From contig CAXTTL010000024.1 in NCBI GenBank assembly GCA_964247135.1, positions 1 to 32,996 of the forward strand: a stretch of 32,996 bases of DNA, in the 5' to 3' direction. Position numbers and translations under genes: made by a program. Shown piece after piece: positions 24,927-32,996 of the stretch. The notes under the pieces are model-generated. The model saw only the letters and a program-made list of their open reading frames with translations. It was not told the origin of the DNA and did no database searches. This DNA comes from an uncultured Deinococcales bacterium. Lineage in GTDB: Bacteria; Deinococcota; Deinococci; Deinococcales; JAAFIG01. Every line of letters starts with the position of its first letter. Positions within the stretch are counted from its first letter, which is position 1.

Positions 24927-27751
24927 ACGCCTCGCAATGCCGCCGCCAATTCGTGCTCCTCGAGCTTCAAGATCACGCCGTGGACCAAAAACGTGATCCG
25001 AACTTCGGGTGAAAGTTCTGGTTTGGCAAGTTTGATGGCTTCGCGGTACAGCGCCAGTTGACGGTGGTACGCCCGAACCCGTTGCGGCAGCGCCTCGTCT
25101 GGTACATCGTCGGTTTTGAAATCCTCGAGAATCCAAGTGCCATTTGGTTCTTGGTACAAACGGTCGATCAAGCCCTGCCAGGTCGTGCCGTTGCGAGAAA
25201 AAGCAAACGGCAATTCCGCAAAATCTTGCGGGCGCTCACTTCGGTCTGGATAGAGGGCATGGTATCTCGAGACAAGCCACCAGGCACGCTCGAGCATGGT
25301 TTGACGCTCCGAATCCGAGTACGGATGCAGGAGGTACTGGGCGGCAAGCACTTGCTGATGTCGAAGGTTGTGGGCTTCGAGGTTTTCGGCAATCGCATAA
25401 TGCGTCAATGTGCCGATCACACGGTCTGATTCTGGAATGCCCATAAATTCCGTCTCGAGCGCGGCGTTTGGGACTTCATCTGGGATTTCGGTGTCGAGTT
25501 CGCTGATGTCGGCAAGTTCTGGGTCAAGCGGTGTGCCACTGGCTTCTGGGGCTTTGCTTGGGGCGCGAACGCGGCGGGCGGGTCGGGCAAATCTGGCTTT
25601 GGCAAGATCAACATCGGCACTAAACCGAGGCTCGAGGATGATGGGCGCAGGCATTTCGGCGGTTTCAAAAACGTTGACCTCGTGGTGCAAAACTTCAATC
25701 CCTGGCATTCCGTCGGGTTTCTCGAGCAACTGTAATTTATTTAAAAGCGTATCCAGCCAAGCCCGAGGTTTGTTGGTGGTTGATCCAGTCATGATAAGAC
25801 GGTCTTTGGCGCGGGTCAGGGCAACGTACAAAAGTCGGTTGCTCTCCCCTTCCGAACGGCGTTTGAGGTGCTCGAGAATGCTGGCATACCGCGTGGCGGT
25901 CAAGCCTTTTTTGGCTCGGGCATTGGGCTTGAGGGCAACTTCACCGTCTGGGTGTACCACCAAATCTGGGCGTTGCGGGTTCTCGCCTCGAGCCAGGTCA
26001 AAGACTGCCGTCACCGGAAACTCGAGTCCCTTGCTGGAATGCACGGTCAAGAGTCGCACGGCGTCGCCCGCCTCGAGCGGTTCGTCGCTTTCGGCTTCAC
26101 TCAACCTGGCACGTTCGAGGAAGCTGAGGGCGGCTCGAGGGTCGCGTAAGCCCCGAGCGGCGAGTTGATAGAGCAGCCCGTCGAGGTTGGCGGTGGCTTG
26201 ACGGTTGACGGCGAGCACGCTGTAACCCAAGAAAACCCAGGCATCTTCGAGCAAAGTCACAGCATCTTTGGCGTCACGGACAATCTCGAGCAGTTCTCGC
26301 AGACGCAAAGTTTCGGGGGCGGATGATTTGCGCAAACCGATGCGAATGTCGTTTTCATTCCGCAAAATTTCCTCGAGATGTTGAAGCGGCAAGTCAATGC
26401 CTGGAATCCTCGAGAGTGCGGAGAGTGCAAACGCAAATTCTGGGGCATCGGGAGCAACGAGCCGCGCCCGCAGCAGCGTGATCGCGTCGCGGATTTCACG
26501 GCGGTCATAATATTTTTGTCCTGCCACCATCAGCATGGGCACAGCCTCGAGCGCCAGGGCAAGCTCGAGCGGCGGCAGGGATGTTCTCGAGCGCACGAGT
26601 ACAGCCATGTCGTGCCAGGGCGTGCCAGATCGGTTGAGTTCACACAATCTTCGCGCCAGAAAAGCAGCTTCGGCGTGGCGTCCAGCCTCGAGGCTGGCGG
26701 CTTGAAAAACGTGCAGTTCGACTCGAGGTTCAAAACCGTCTTCGGGTTTGATGCGCCCTGGTTTGACCTCGCTGGGCAAACCGATTTCGGAAAATTCTGG
26801 GAAGAGCTTCGCGGAGAGGCTTGAGTAAAACGCGCTGAGGGACACACCGTGCCTGTAGGTGGTGGTCAGTGGCGCGAGGGTTTTGGCGCGTTGATAGACG
26901 TCCAAAAAGGCATTCACGTCGGCGTCCCGAAAGGCGTAAATACTCTGCTTGGGATCACCGACCAGCAGCACGCGCTCGAGGTTTAAACTCTGAAAAATCT
27001 TGGCTTGCAACGGGTTGACATCCTGAAATTCATCGACCAGCAAGACCGAAACCCGAGACCTGACGCGCTCGAGCATGTTGGGATCGCAGAGCAATTCCAG
27101 GGTTCTCAGTTCGACATCGGTGGGCGCGAGCGCTCGAGATGCCAGCCGCGACAGGTACAAATTCAAACTGCTTTCAAAGGCTGCCAGCAACGACACCGTG
27201 AGCGCATCGGGTTGGATGCCATCCTCGAGATTTCCAGATCGAAACGGGGCGTAAACGCGTTTGTTGTGTAACGCCTCGAGTGCAGATAATGTACGTTCCC
27301 AACCGAGCGTTGCCAAGGCTTCACCGCCGGGCGCGTCGCGCAACGCCGCCTGTGCCAGGACGCTCGAGGCGGCGTCCCTGAACGTCTCGAGGGATTCGCT
27401 TTCGTCGAGGTTGCTGAATTCTGGGTCGAGGTTGAGCGCGGGAGCGTTTAAACGCAGCAACTCGCGGAAAAAACCGTGAATTGTCGTGATGCTGGCACTG
27501 CCAAGTTCACGCAACGCCACGCGGTACAACTCGAGGTTGGCGGGTTTAAAATTCAGATAACTGCCGTGCAGCACCACCTCGCGCAGACCGGCGCGAAGCC
27601 GTTCGCGCAAATCGATTGCCCCAACCCGAGTGAACGTCACCGCCGCAATCCGCCGAGCCGGTGTAAACCGCAACGCCATCAGGTACTCGAGCACCAAACT
27701 GGTGGTTTTACCCGTTCCAGCCGAAGCCGAACGTACCTCGAGGTTGGTCAT
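24923..27751 (-). CDS. addA: AddA-like UvrD helicase with RecB-type nuclease
   Basis: ASAGTGKT, VTFT, VDEFQD, VGDPKQSIYAFR, TVHSSKGLEF, LLYVALTRAK, and GLIDRL...EDFKT...QLALY; ATGA overlap with addB. Confidence 0.85.
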   Translation of the reverse strand: MTNLEVRSASAGTGKTTSLVLEYLMALRFTPARRIAAVTFTRVGAIDLRERLRAGLREVVLHGSYLNFKPANLELYRVALRELGSASITTIHGFFRELLRLNAPALNLDPEFSNLDESESLETFRDAASSVLAQAALRDAPGGEALATLGWERTLSALEALHNKRVYAPFRSGNLEDGIQPDALTVSLLAAFESSLNLYLSRLASRALAPTDVELRTLELLCDPNMLERVRSRVSVLLVDEFQDVNPLQAKIFQSLNLERVLLVGDPKQSIYAFRDADVNAFLDVYQRAKTLAPLTTTYRHGVSLSAFYSSLSAKLFPEFSEIGLPSEVKPGRIKPEDGFEPRVELHVFQAASLEAGRHAEAAFLARRLCELNRSGTPWHDMAVLVRSRTSLPPLELALALEAVPMLMVAGQKYYDRREIRDAITLLRARLVAPDAPEFAFALSALSRIPGIDLPLQHLEEILRNENDIRIGLRKSSAPETLRLRELLEIVRDAKDAVTLLEDAWVFLGYSVLAVNRQATANLDGLLYQLAARGLRDPRAALSFLERARLSEAESDEPLEAGDAVRLLTVHSSKGLEFPVTAVFDLARGENPQRPDLVVHPDGEVALKPNARAKKGLTATRYASILEHLKRRSEGESNRLLYVALTRAKDRLIMTGSTTNKPRAWLDTLLNKLQLLEKPDGMPGIEVLHHEVNVFETAEMPAPIILEPRFSADVDLAKARFARPARRVRAPSKAPEASGTPLDPELADISELDTEIPDEVPNAALETEFMGIPESDRVIGTLTHYAIAENLEAHNLRHQQVLAAQYLLHPYSDSERQTMLERAWWLVSRYHALYPDRSERPQDFAELPFAFSRNGTTWQGLIDRLYQEPNGTWILEDFKTDDVPDEALPQRVRAYHRQLALYREAIKLAKPELSPEVRITFLVHGVILKLEEHELAAALRGV

Positions 27752-30555
27752 ATCGCTTCCCGACACACATCGCGGTACGAACAATAACGGCAGTGAAAAC
27801 CGCTCGAGGCTGAAATACTGCCCTCTTGCAAGGTTTGATTGGCTTTTTCCAGGGCGGTCATGGATTGTGCCAGACGACGTTGCGCGTAAGGCTTATCAAA
27901 ACCCATCACGCGTTTCGGGGCGTGGTTCAAATCCCAAGCCCAAAGCACCACAGGCACGTTTTGCTCGAGCCAGTGGTTGGCGTACCACCATTCGCGGTGT
28001 CGGGTATCAGACATGTACTCGTCGTAAGCATCGTCGAGGTTTTTCACGACGCGGTACACCTCAACCATTCTGACCTTGCCGCTCGGGTCTTGCCGAATGC
28101 GCACCCCGTCCAGCACAAACTCGAGGTCGTCAATGATTGCGCGGTATCCGAGTTGAATGTCGCTGGCATCGGGACGGCTTGGCACATTTTCTTGCACCGT
28201 CTGCTCGAGTTGCGCCCTGAACTTCGGCGCGAGGTTTGCCAGCGTCGCGCGGTGCGCTTCGGGGGCGACCTCGGACAGATTCTTGCCCTTGTTCTGCCAC
28301 AAATTATTGCGTTGCGCCCTCGTCCAACCCTCGAGCAATTCACCAGAAACCAAACCCGCACCCCTGGCGGGCGCGGGAATCAAACCCTCCGCCCAAGCTT
28401 TGAGCGCACAGACCGCCACCCGCTCGAGTTCGGTGGCTTTGCGAGCCACCCGCACCGAAACTTGATGAACCGAATCTTGAGGCTGGTGAAGATTGGCATT
28501 GAGCGCCGCAAGCTCGAGCGGTGAAGCCGTTGGAAAAACCCGTTTTTGACCGTGCTGCTCGAGTTGCGACAATCTCGGATGCGGTCGGAGGCTCGAGCCT
28601 CGCTCTGCTCTGGCATACGACACGACCAGCAGTTCATCGGCTCGGGTGAAAGCATCATAAAGCTGGGAATCCTCGAGACCATTTAACCTGAACGGAAGTC
28701 GGGCTTCGGTGGTTTGAAGCTCGAGGGTTGGTTCGTCGAGGTCGAGGTCTTGTCCACCCTCATCCCCGACCCTTCTCCCCCCTAGGGAGAAGGGAGTTTT
28801 GGTTATTTCTTGTGTGGCTGAAATATTTTGATTTGATACCTCGAGATTTTCAATTTGATGTAGGGGCGAACCTTCTTGATTCCAAGACGCACCTTCGGGC
28901 GGAATCGCTTGTGTTCGCCCATCACCTCCATTCGGTATCTCGGGATTCCCAATTTCAAGATTTTCTTGCACGAGATTCATTGGAACCTCGAGATTTACCA
29001 GCAATTCCTCGAGTTTGCTGCGTTGTTCTTCTGGAACAAAAAAATCTTCGCCATCACCCGTTTTGTACGCGCCGTCGGTTGCGCCCATCACGAAACTGAT
29101 CTTAAAGCGCCTGCCGCTGGCTTCTTCGGCACTGAGTACCGCCACGCCGCGTCCAAGGTCTTCATGGGCGACGGTGACGCTGGCGAGCAGGCTTTGCACC
29201 CAGTCGGTGAAGACCGCACCTTCGACCTGGGCTTGGTTGCCGAGGATGCGGGCGGCTTCTCGGGCGATCACTTTGGCGGTGTCGCAAAAACTGGCGTCTT
29301 TGAAGTGACGCTCGAGCAGGGTTTCAAACCAGTGAATCAATTGCTCGCTCGAGGCGTGCTGCGGTGGTTGCGCAATCTGTTTGATACGCTCGAGGGCAGC
29401 GAGGGCGTTTGGATCGTCGCAGACCAGGGCGTAAGCGTCCAGTCCGGCGGCAATGCCGTTTTGCTCGAGTTTTTCTGCCAGCAGCAGGACATCGGGTTCG
29501 AGCGCGGCGAGGGTTCGCAGATCGCGGGCTGGGTAATCTCGGGCGGGGGCGCGGAGCAACGCCTCGAGTTGCCGCCCGTTGGGGGTCTCGAGGATTGAGC
29601 CGCTGGTTTCTGGGGCGATGGGCACGCCGTATTCGCGTCCCAATGCCTCGAGCACCCGAGCGATGGCGGGGTGCGGGATGATGATGCAAATGTCTTGACT
29701 CGGCGTGCCGTTTTGAAGGCGTTGTTTGATTTCGCGCAGCACCCCTCGAGCCTCCTCGACGGGGTTGGCGTAGGTCTCCAAACGCGTGATTTTGGGCATT
29801 CCAGCCCAGGGTTTGCCTTTGGCGTTCAAGTACCTGATTTTGGCGTTGAAGGCGGTAGCAATTTGCTCGAGTTCTGGTTTGCGAAGTGGGTGCGCCCAGG
29901 CTTCAGAATGCGTGTCGGGCAAGCCTGAGGGTAGGGTCACGAGGGTGCTTTTGGCGAGGCTGGCGAGGGCGCAGAATATCCGCAATTCGCTGGGGTTGAA
30001 ACTTCGGTAGCCGTCAACGATCAAATGCGCATTCAAGGCTTGCGGGTTGGTGGTTAAAAGTTGCGCGGTGCGAATCCGAACGTCGTCGAGGTCTTGCAAC
30101 ACGCCAAGCTCGAGTTCGGTTTGATAGGCGTGAAACACCTGAAACAAAATATGCTGGTACGCCTCTTCAGACCCGAGGGGCGCGACCAGGTTGCGTTTGA
30201 ATTCGGCGATAGCCCTGGCATAAAGCCTCGCCTCGCCAGGGTTGACGTTGCGTTTTAATATTTTCTCGAGCACCCGTGCCGTTAATGCCACGCGCCCAGG
30301 ATTCAGCACAATCGCGCGGTTTTCGCCCAGACGATCCAGCACGCGGTAGGCAATGTTTTGCAGGTTCGTGACTTCGACGCCCAAACTCGCACCCGCACTT
30401 GCCAGTCGCTCGAGCCAGCCTGAACGCTGCCCTGGCAGGGTCAGCACAATGACCCGCTCCCCCGCCGTCGCCAACTCGAGCGCCCGAGCGACGGCAGCGC
30501 CGGTTTTGCCGCTGGCGGCGGGTCCAGTCAAAAGTTGTGCGCTCGCCGTGGTCAC
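27748..30555 (-). CDS. addB: AddB-like partner subunit (inactive helicase fold, Fe-S cysteines, degenerate nuclease)
   Basis: N-terminal GPAASGKT, LYDAFTRA, Cys in VCALK plus terminal CRYCSYRDVC; translationally coupled to addA. Confidence 0.78.
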   Translation of the reverse strand: MTTASAQLLTGPAASGKTGAAVARALELATAGERVIVLTLPGQRSGWLERLASAGASLGVEVTNLQNIAYRVLDRLGENRAIVLNPGRVALTARVLEKILKRNVNPGEARLYARAIAEFKRNLVAPLGSEEAYQHILFQVFHAYQTELELGVLQDLDDVRIRTAQLLTTNPQALNAHLIVDGYRSFNPSELRIFCALASLAKSTLVTLPSGLPDTHSEAWAHPLRKPELEQIATAFNAKIRYLNAKGKPWAGMPKITRLETYANPVEEARGVLREIKQRLQNGTPSQDICIIIPHPAIARVLEALGREYGVPIAPETSGSILETPNGRQLEALLRAPARDYPARDLRTLAALEPDVLLLAEKLEQNGIAAGLDAYALVCDDPNALAALERIKQIAQPPQHASSEQLIHWFETLLERHFKDASFCDTAKVIAREAARILGNQAQVEGAVFTDWVQSLLASVTVAHEDLGRGVAVLSAEEASGRRFKISFVMGATDGAYKTGDGEDFFVPEEQRSKLEELLVNLEVPMNLVQENLEIGNPEIPNGGDGRTQAIPPEGASWNQEGSPLHQIENLEVSNQNISATQEITKTPFSLGGRRVGDEGGQDLDLDEPTLELQTTEARLPFRLNGLEDSQLYDAFTRADELLVVSYARAERGSSLRPHPRLSQLEQHGQKRVFPTASPLELAALNANLHQPQDSVHQVSVRVARKATELERVAVCALKAWAEGLIPAPARGAGLVSGELLEGWTRAQRNNLWQNKGKNLSEVAPEAHRATLANLAPKFRAQLEQTVQENVPSRPDASDIQLGYRAIIDDLEFVLDGVRIRQDPSGKVRMVEVYRVVKNLDDAYDEYMSDTRHREWWYANHWLEQNVPVVLWAWDLNHAPKRVMGFDKPYAQRRLAQSMTALEKANQTLQEGSISASSGFHCRYCSYRDVCREAI
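28756..28800 (+). repeat. ~45-nt palindromic dispersed repeat, copy 3, inside addB coding sequence
   Basis: ACCCTCATCCCCGA-CCCTTCTCCC-cccta-GGGAGAAGGG-AGTTTT; translated as KTPFSLGGRRVGDEG on the minus strand. Confidence 0.85.
28860..28920 (+). repeat. GTAG-type REP-like palindrome interrupted by a 36-nt micro-element (28872-28907), inside addB
   Basis: GTAG-GGGCGAAC[36 nt]CTTGT-GTTCGCCC; the insert matches the outer halves at 6687-6707 and 6784-6798 at 34/36 nt. Confidence 0.8.
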
Positions 30556-30561
30556 TGGCTT

Positions 30562-30570
30562 AGGCTATCA
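30562..30570 (-). promoter_or_regulatory. Extended -10 box of a probable leaderless addBA promoter
   Basis: Minus strand reads TGa-TAGCCT-aagcca-GTG(30555); the TG is part of the deaminase stop codon. Confidence 0.5.
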
Positions 30571-31056
30571 CTCCCAGAAATCGGCGTGAACGGCTGATGC
30601 CTCAATCTCGAGCGCGGGTCCGAGGATTTCGATGTTGCGTTGTCCTCGGGCGAGCACCTCGCGGCATTCGAGGTGCATGGTTGGATTCTCAGTGTTTGCG
30701 CCAGTCATCTCGTAGAGTTTGAATTCCGAAAGGGCGTAGACCAGCCGCCCCACGCCAGTCCAGTACATCGCCCCAGCGCACATCACGCAAGGTTCGCAAC
30801 TCGAGTACATGGTGCTGGTCGCCAAAATTTCGCTCGAGAATTGCTGGGATGCCAGACGCATTAAATTGGTTTCGGCATGACCGGTGGCGTCTTTGCTGGT
30901 GTTGACCGTGTTTTCGGCTTCGAGCAGCACAGTGCCATCGTGTGATACGAGGATTGCGCCGAAAGGATGGTTGCCGTTTTCCCTGGCGCGGCGCGAGACT
31001 TCGATGGCTTGATGCAAGAATTTCAGATCGGTTTCGGTCACAAGGGTATTATTCAT
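30568..31056 (-). CDS. Zn-dependent nucleoside/nucleobase deaminase (cytidine deaminase fold)
   Basis: PFGAIL, HAE and EPCVMC motifs. Confidence 0.92.
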   Translation of the reverse strand: MNNTLVTETDLKFLHQAIEVSRRARENGNHPFGAILVSHDGTVLLEAENTVNTSKDATGHAETNLMRLASQQFSSEILATSTMYSSCEPCVMCAGAMYWTGVGRLVYALSEFKLYEMTGANTENPTMHLECREVLARGQRNIEILGPALEIEASAVHADFWE

Positions 31057-31084
31057 GCTCGAGCGTCAAAAAGGTAGGTATGCC

Positions 31085-32215
31085 ATGCTTTCATCAGATC
31101 AACAACGTGTCCACCTTCAAAAAGCCGCGCTCGCGCTCGGCTTTGACGCGGCGGCTTGGGTTGGGGCACTTGTGCCAGCTCGGGACATTGGGACGTTTCA
31201 AACTTGGATTGATGCCGGAATGCACGCGGGCATGGATTACTTGCCGCGCAGCGTGGCGCGTCGCAGCGATTTAGGCTCGAGTTTTGCTGGCACAAAAAGC
31301 GTTTTGGTCCTGATGGTGTCGCACAACCACGCCGAACCAGAAAAACCGACTGGCGGAACCCGAGTCGGGCGGGTGGCGCGTTACGCCTGGAGTCGGGATT
31401 ATCACACGGCGTTACAACCATTTTTAAGTGAACTCGAGCGGGCGAGTTTGGGTTTGGGCATTCGGGCGAAAGCCTACGTCGATCACGGTTTGATGCTCGA
31501 GCGCAGCTTGGCATCACGGGCGGGTTTGGGCTGGCGCGGACGCTCGAGTCAGATCATCTCGCAAAGCTTGGGCGCACTCACCACGCTGGCGGTGTTGCTG
31601 ACCGACCTCGAGCCGCCAGAAGAAACCCTCGAGCATCCTGACCGTTGCGGGAAATGCACGGCTTGCGTACAAGATTGCCCGACCAATGCCATCACACCGA
31701 GTCGTTTTGTGGACTCGAGGCGTTGTTTGTCGTATTACACTATCGAACATCGCGGCAGCATTCCGCTCGGGTTTAGAGCCAGCCTGGGAAACCATTTGTT
31801 CGGTTGCGACGATTGCCTGGATGTTTGCCCCTGGACGAATCATGCGGGGCGCTTCTCGGGTTTGTTGACACCCGAACCCGAACTGGCGCACCCCGACCTC
31901 GAGCCTTTTTTTACGCTCTCGAGCAAGCAGTTTGAAAAGCGTTTTGCGGGTACGGCATTTTCCAGGGCGCGGCGCAAAGGCATGGCTCGCAATGCCGCGC
32001 TGGTGCTGGGCAATACCCGAGATTCAACACACGCCAATTTGCTCGAGCTTGGACTGAACGATCTTGGCGCTGAGGTACGTGAAAGTTGCGCCTGGGCATT
32101 GGGGCGATTCAAGCTCGAGCCTCGGGTTGAAACCGCCTTGACTCGGGCTTTGCAAGATTCAGATGTCAGGGTTGCCAGTACCGCTCGAGCAGCCCTCAAC
32201 GGCGAATTTCTGTAG
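31085..32215 (+). CDS. queG: tRNA epoxyqueuosine reductase
   Basis: ARYAWSRDYH, ERSLASRAGLGWRG, CGKCTACVQDCP, CLSYYTIE, GCDDCLDVCPW and C-terminal HEAT repeats; start 31085 preferred to avoid overlap with the divergent gene. Confidence 0.95.
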   Translation: MLSSDQQRVHLQKAALALGFDAAAWVGALVPARDIGTFQTWIDAGMHAGMDYLPRSVARRSDLGSSFAGTKSVLVLMVSHNHAEPEKPTGGTRVGRVARYAWSRDYHTALQPFLSELERASLGLGIRAKAYVDHGLMLERSLASRAGLGWRGRSSQIISQSLGALTTLAVLLTDLEPPEETLEHPDRCGKCTACVQDCPTNAITPSRFVDSRRCLSYYTIEHRGSIPLGFRASLGNHLFGCDDCLDVCPWTNHAGRFSGLLTPEPELAHPDLEPFFTLSSKQFEKRFAGTAFSRARRKGMARNAALVLGNTRDSTHANLLELGLNDLGAEVRESCAWALGRFKLEPRVETALTRALQDSDVRVASTARAALNGEFL

Positions 32216-32294
32216 CATTGCGATCTTTGTTTGAAGAAACTCACATCACACGGTTTAGAATGAAAGCACTCGAGGAGGGTTTCGAGCCTAAATT

Positions 32295-32996
32295 ATGTGG
32301 CGTTTTTTAATCATTTTGGTGTTCTTACTTGCCGCCGGAGCCGGATATTATTCGGGTCTGGTTACGGCTTCGTCTAAATTGGTCACGCCCGACGAGATCA
32401 ACACCGTCCAGATTCAGCAGCGCTCCTTGAAGGCGGTGGTCACGGTCTACGCCAAAATTCCGCCCGAACAGCGTCAACCTGGCGAGGACGAAGAAGCCAT
32501 CGGCACCGGTTTTTTTTACAAACCCAATCTGATCGTGACCAACTTTCATGTGGTGCAAGACGCCTTGAGTTGGCGAATTCAACTGTCTGATGGGCGTTCG
32601 TTCCCTGCCGAACTCGAGTCTATCGATCAGGGCATTGATATTGCGATTTTAAAAGTCACCAAGGTCACCGCGCCTGGGGTGTTGCAATTTGGCAATTCGC
32701 TCGATATTTTGTCGGGTCAAAAAGCCATTGCAATCGGTTCACCTTCGGGCAAGCGCAACAGCGTCTCGGTGGGCGTGGTGCGCAGCTTCGCCCGAATTTC
32801 TGAATTTCCCGACGAGACAGGCACGGAAATTCCAGAGATGCTTCTGACCGACGCGCAGATCAACGCAGGAAACTCTGGCGGTCCGTTGCTGGATTCCAAA
32901 GGCAACGTGATTGCCATCGTCGATGCGTTTTTGGATTCTGGTGTTGCCGCGACCGGCATTGGCTTGACCATTCCCTCCAACCTGGCAAAAGAATCG
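32295..32996 (+). CDS. HtrA/DegP-family (S1C) serine protease, partial
   Basis: Manual translation: MWRFLIILVFLLAAG...GTGFF...VTNFHVV...DIAILKV...INAGNSGGPLLD, giving a complete catalytic triad; runs off the window. Confidence 0.93.
   Translation, partial: MWRFLIILVFLLAAGAGYYSGLVTASSKLVTPDEINTVQIQQRSLKAVVTVYAKIPPEQRQPGEDEEAIGTGFFYKPNLIVTNFHVVQDALSWRIQLSDGRSFPAELESIDQGIDIAILKVTKVTAPGVLQFGNSLDILSGQKAIAIGSPSGKRNSVSVGVVRSFARISEFPDETGTEIPEMLLTDAQINAGNSGGPLLDSKGNVIAIVDAFLDSGVAATGIGLTIPSNLAKES

Larger units (their letters stand above)
1..32996. repeat. Highly iterated palindrome CTCGAG dispersed across the window
   Basis: 39 copies hand-counted in 1-4320 (~9/kb) versus ~0.3/kb expected from base composition; visibly frequent through most of the window. 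Confidence 0.95.

Noticed and set aside
24923-30555. Novel helicase-nuclease defence system or Cas4-linked module
   Set aside because: Domain order, translational coupling and housekeeping context fit AddAB-type repair genes better.
1-32996. CTCGAG sites as cloning or assembly artefacts (XhoI junctions)
   Set aside because: The sites sit within intact conserved reading frames in all three frames without breaking protein motifs.

Overview
Chromosomal window of a roughly 53-55% GC bacterium (GC estimated by eye), probably Deinococcota. That call is inferred from the compact Thermus-like AddAB pair, TANNNT-N6-start leaderless genes and overall gene content. Gene order: partial LysR regulator; small hypothetical; a DUF2946-type CxxC/RAPP leader ORF heading a ycnI-copC-copC-copD copper operon; modA-modB; hypothetical; a repeat-filled intergenic region; alkaline-phosphatase-superfamily enzyme; prmC-ruvX-ftsH-amn; beta-barrel outer-membrane protein; two Gfo/Idh/MocA oxidoreductases divergent from a sugar ABC transporter; polytopic membrane protein; Ig-like repeat lipoprotein; acetamidase; TPR-GGDEF cyclase; addA/addB-like genes; nucleoside deaminase; queG; partial HtrA protease. 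Four signals stand out. (1) A family of 36-39 nt hairpin micro-elements with compensatory stem changes that insert at CT dinucleotides. Five copies nest inside one another at 6684-6869, and one sits in-frame inside a GTAG-type REP within addB. (2) Strong HIP-like over-iteration of the palindrome CTCGAG (39 copies hand-counted in the first 4.3 kb). (3) A probable copper-responsive ribosome-arrest leader whose RAPP codons lie in a hairpin reaching the ycnI ribosome-binding region. (4) A repeat-derived insertion of about 95 aa in AddB. No tRNA, rRNA, CRISPR array or transposase gene was recognised.
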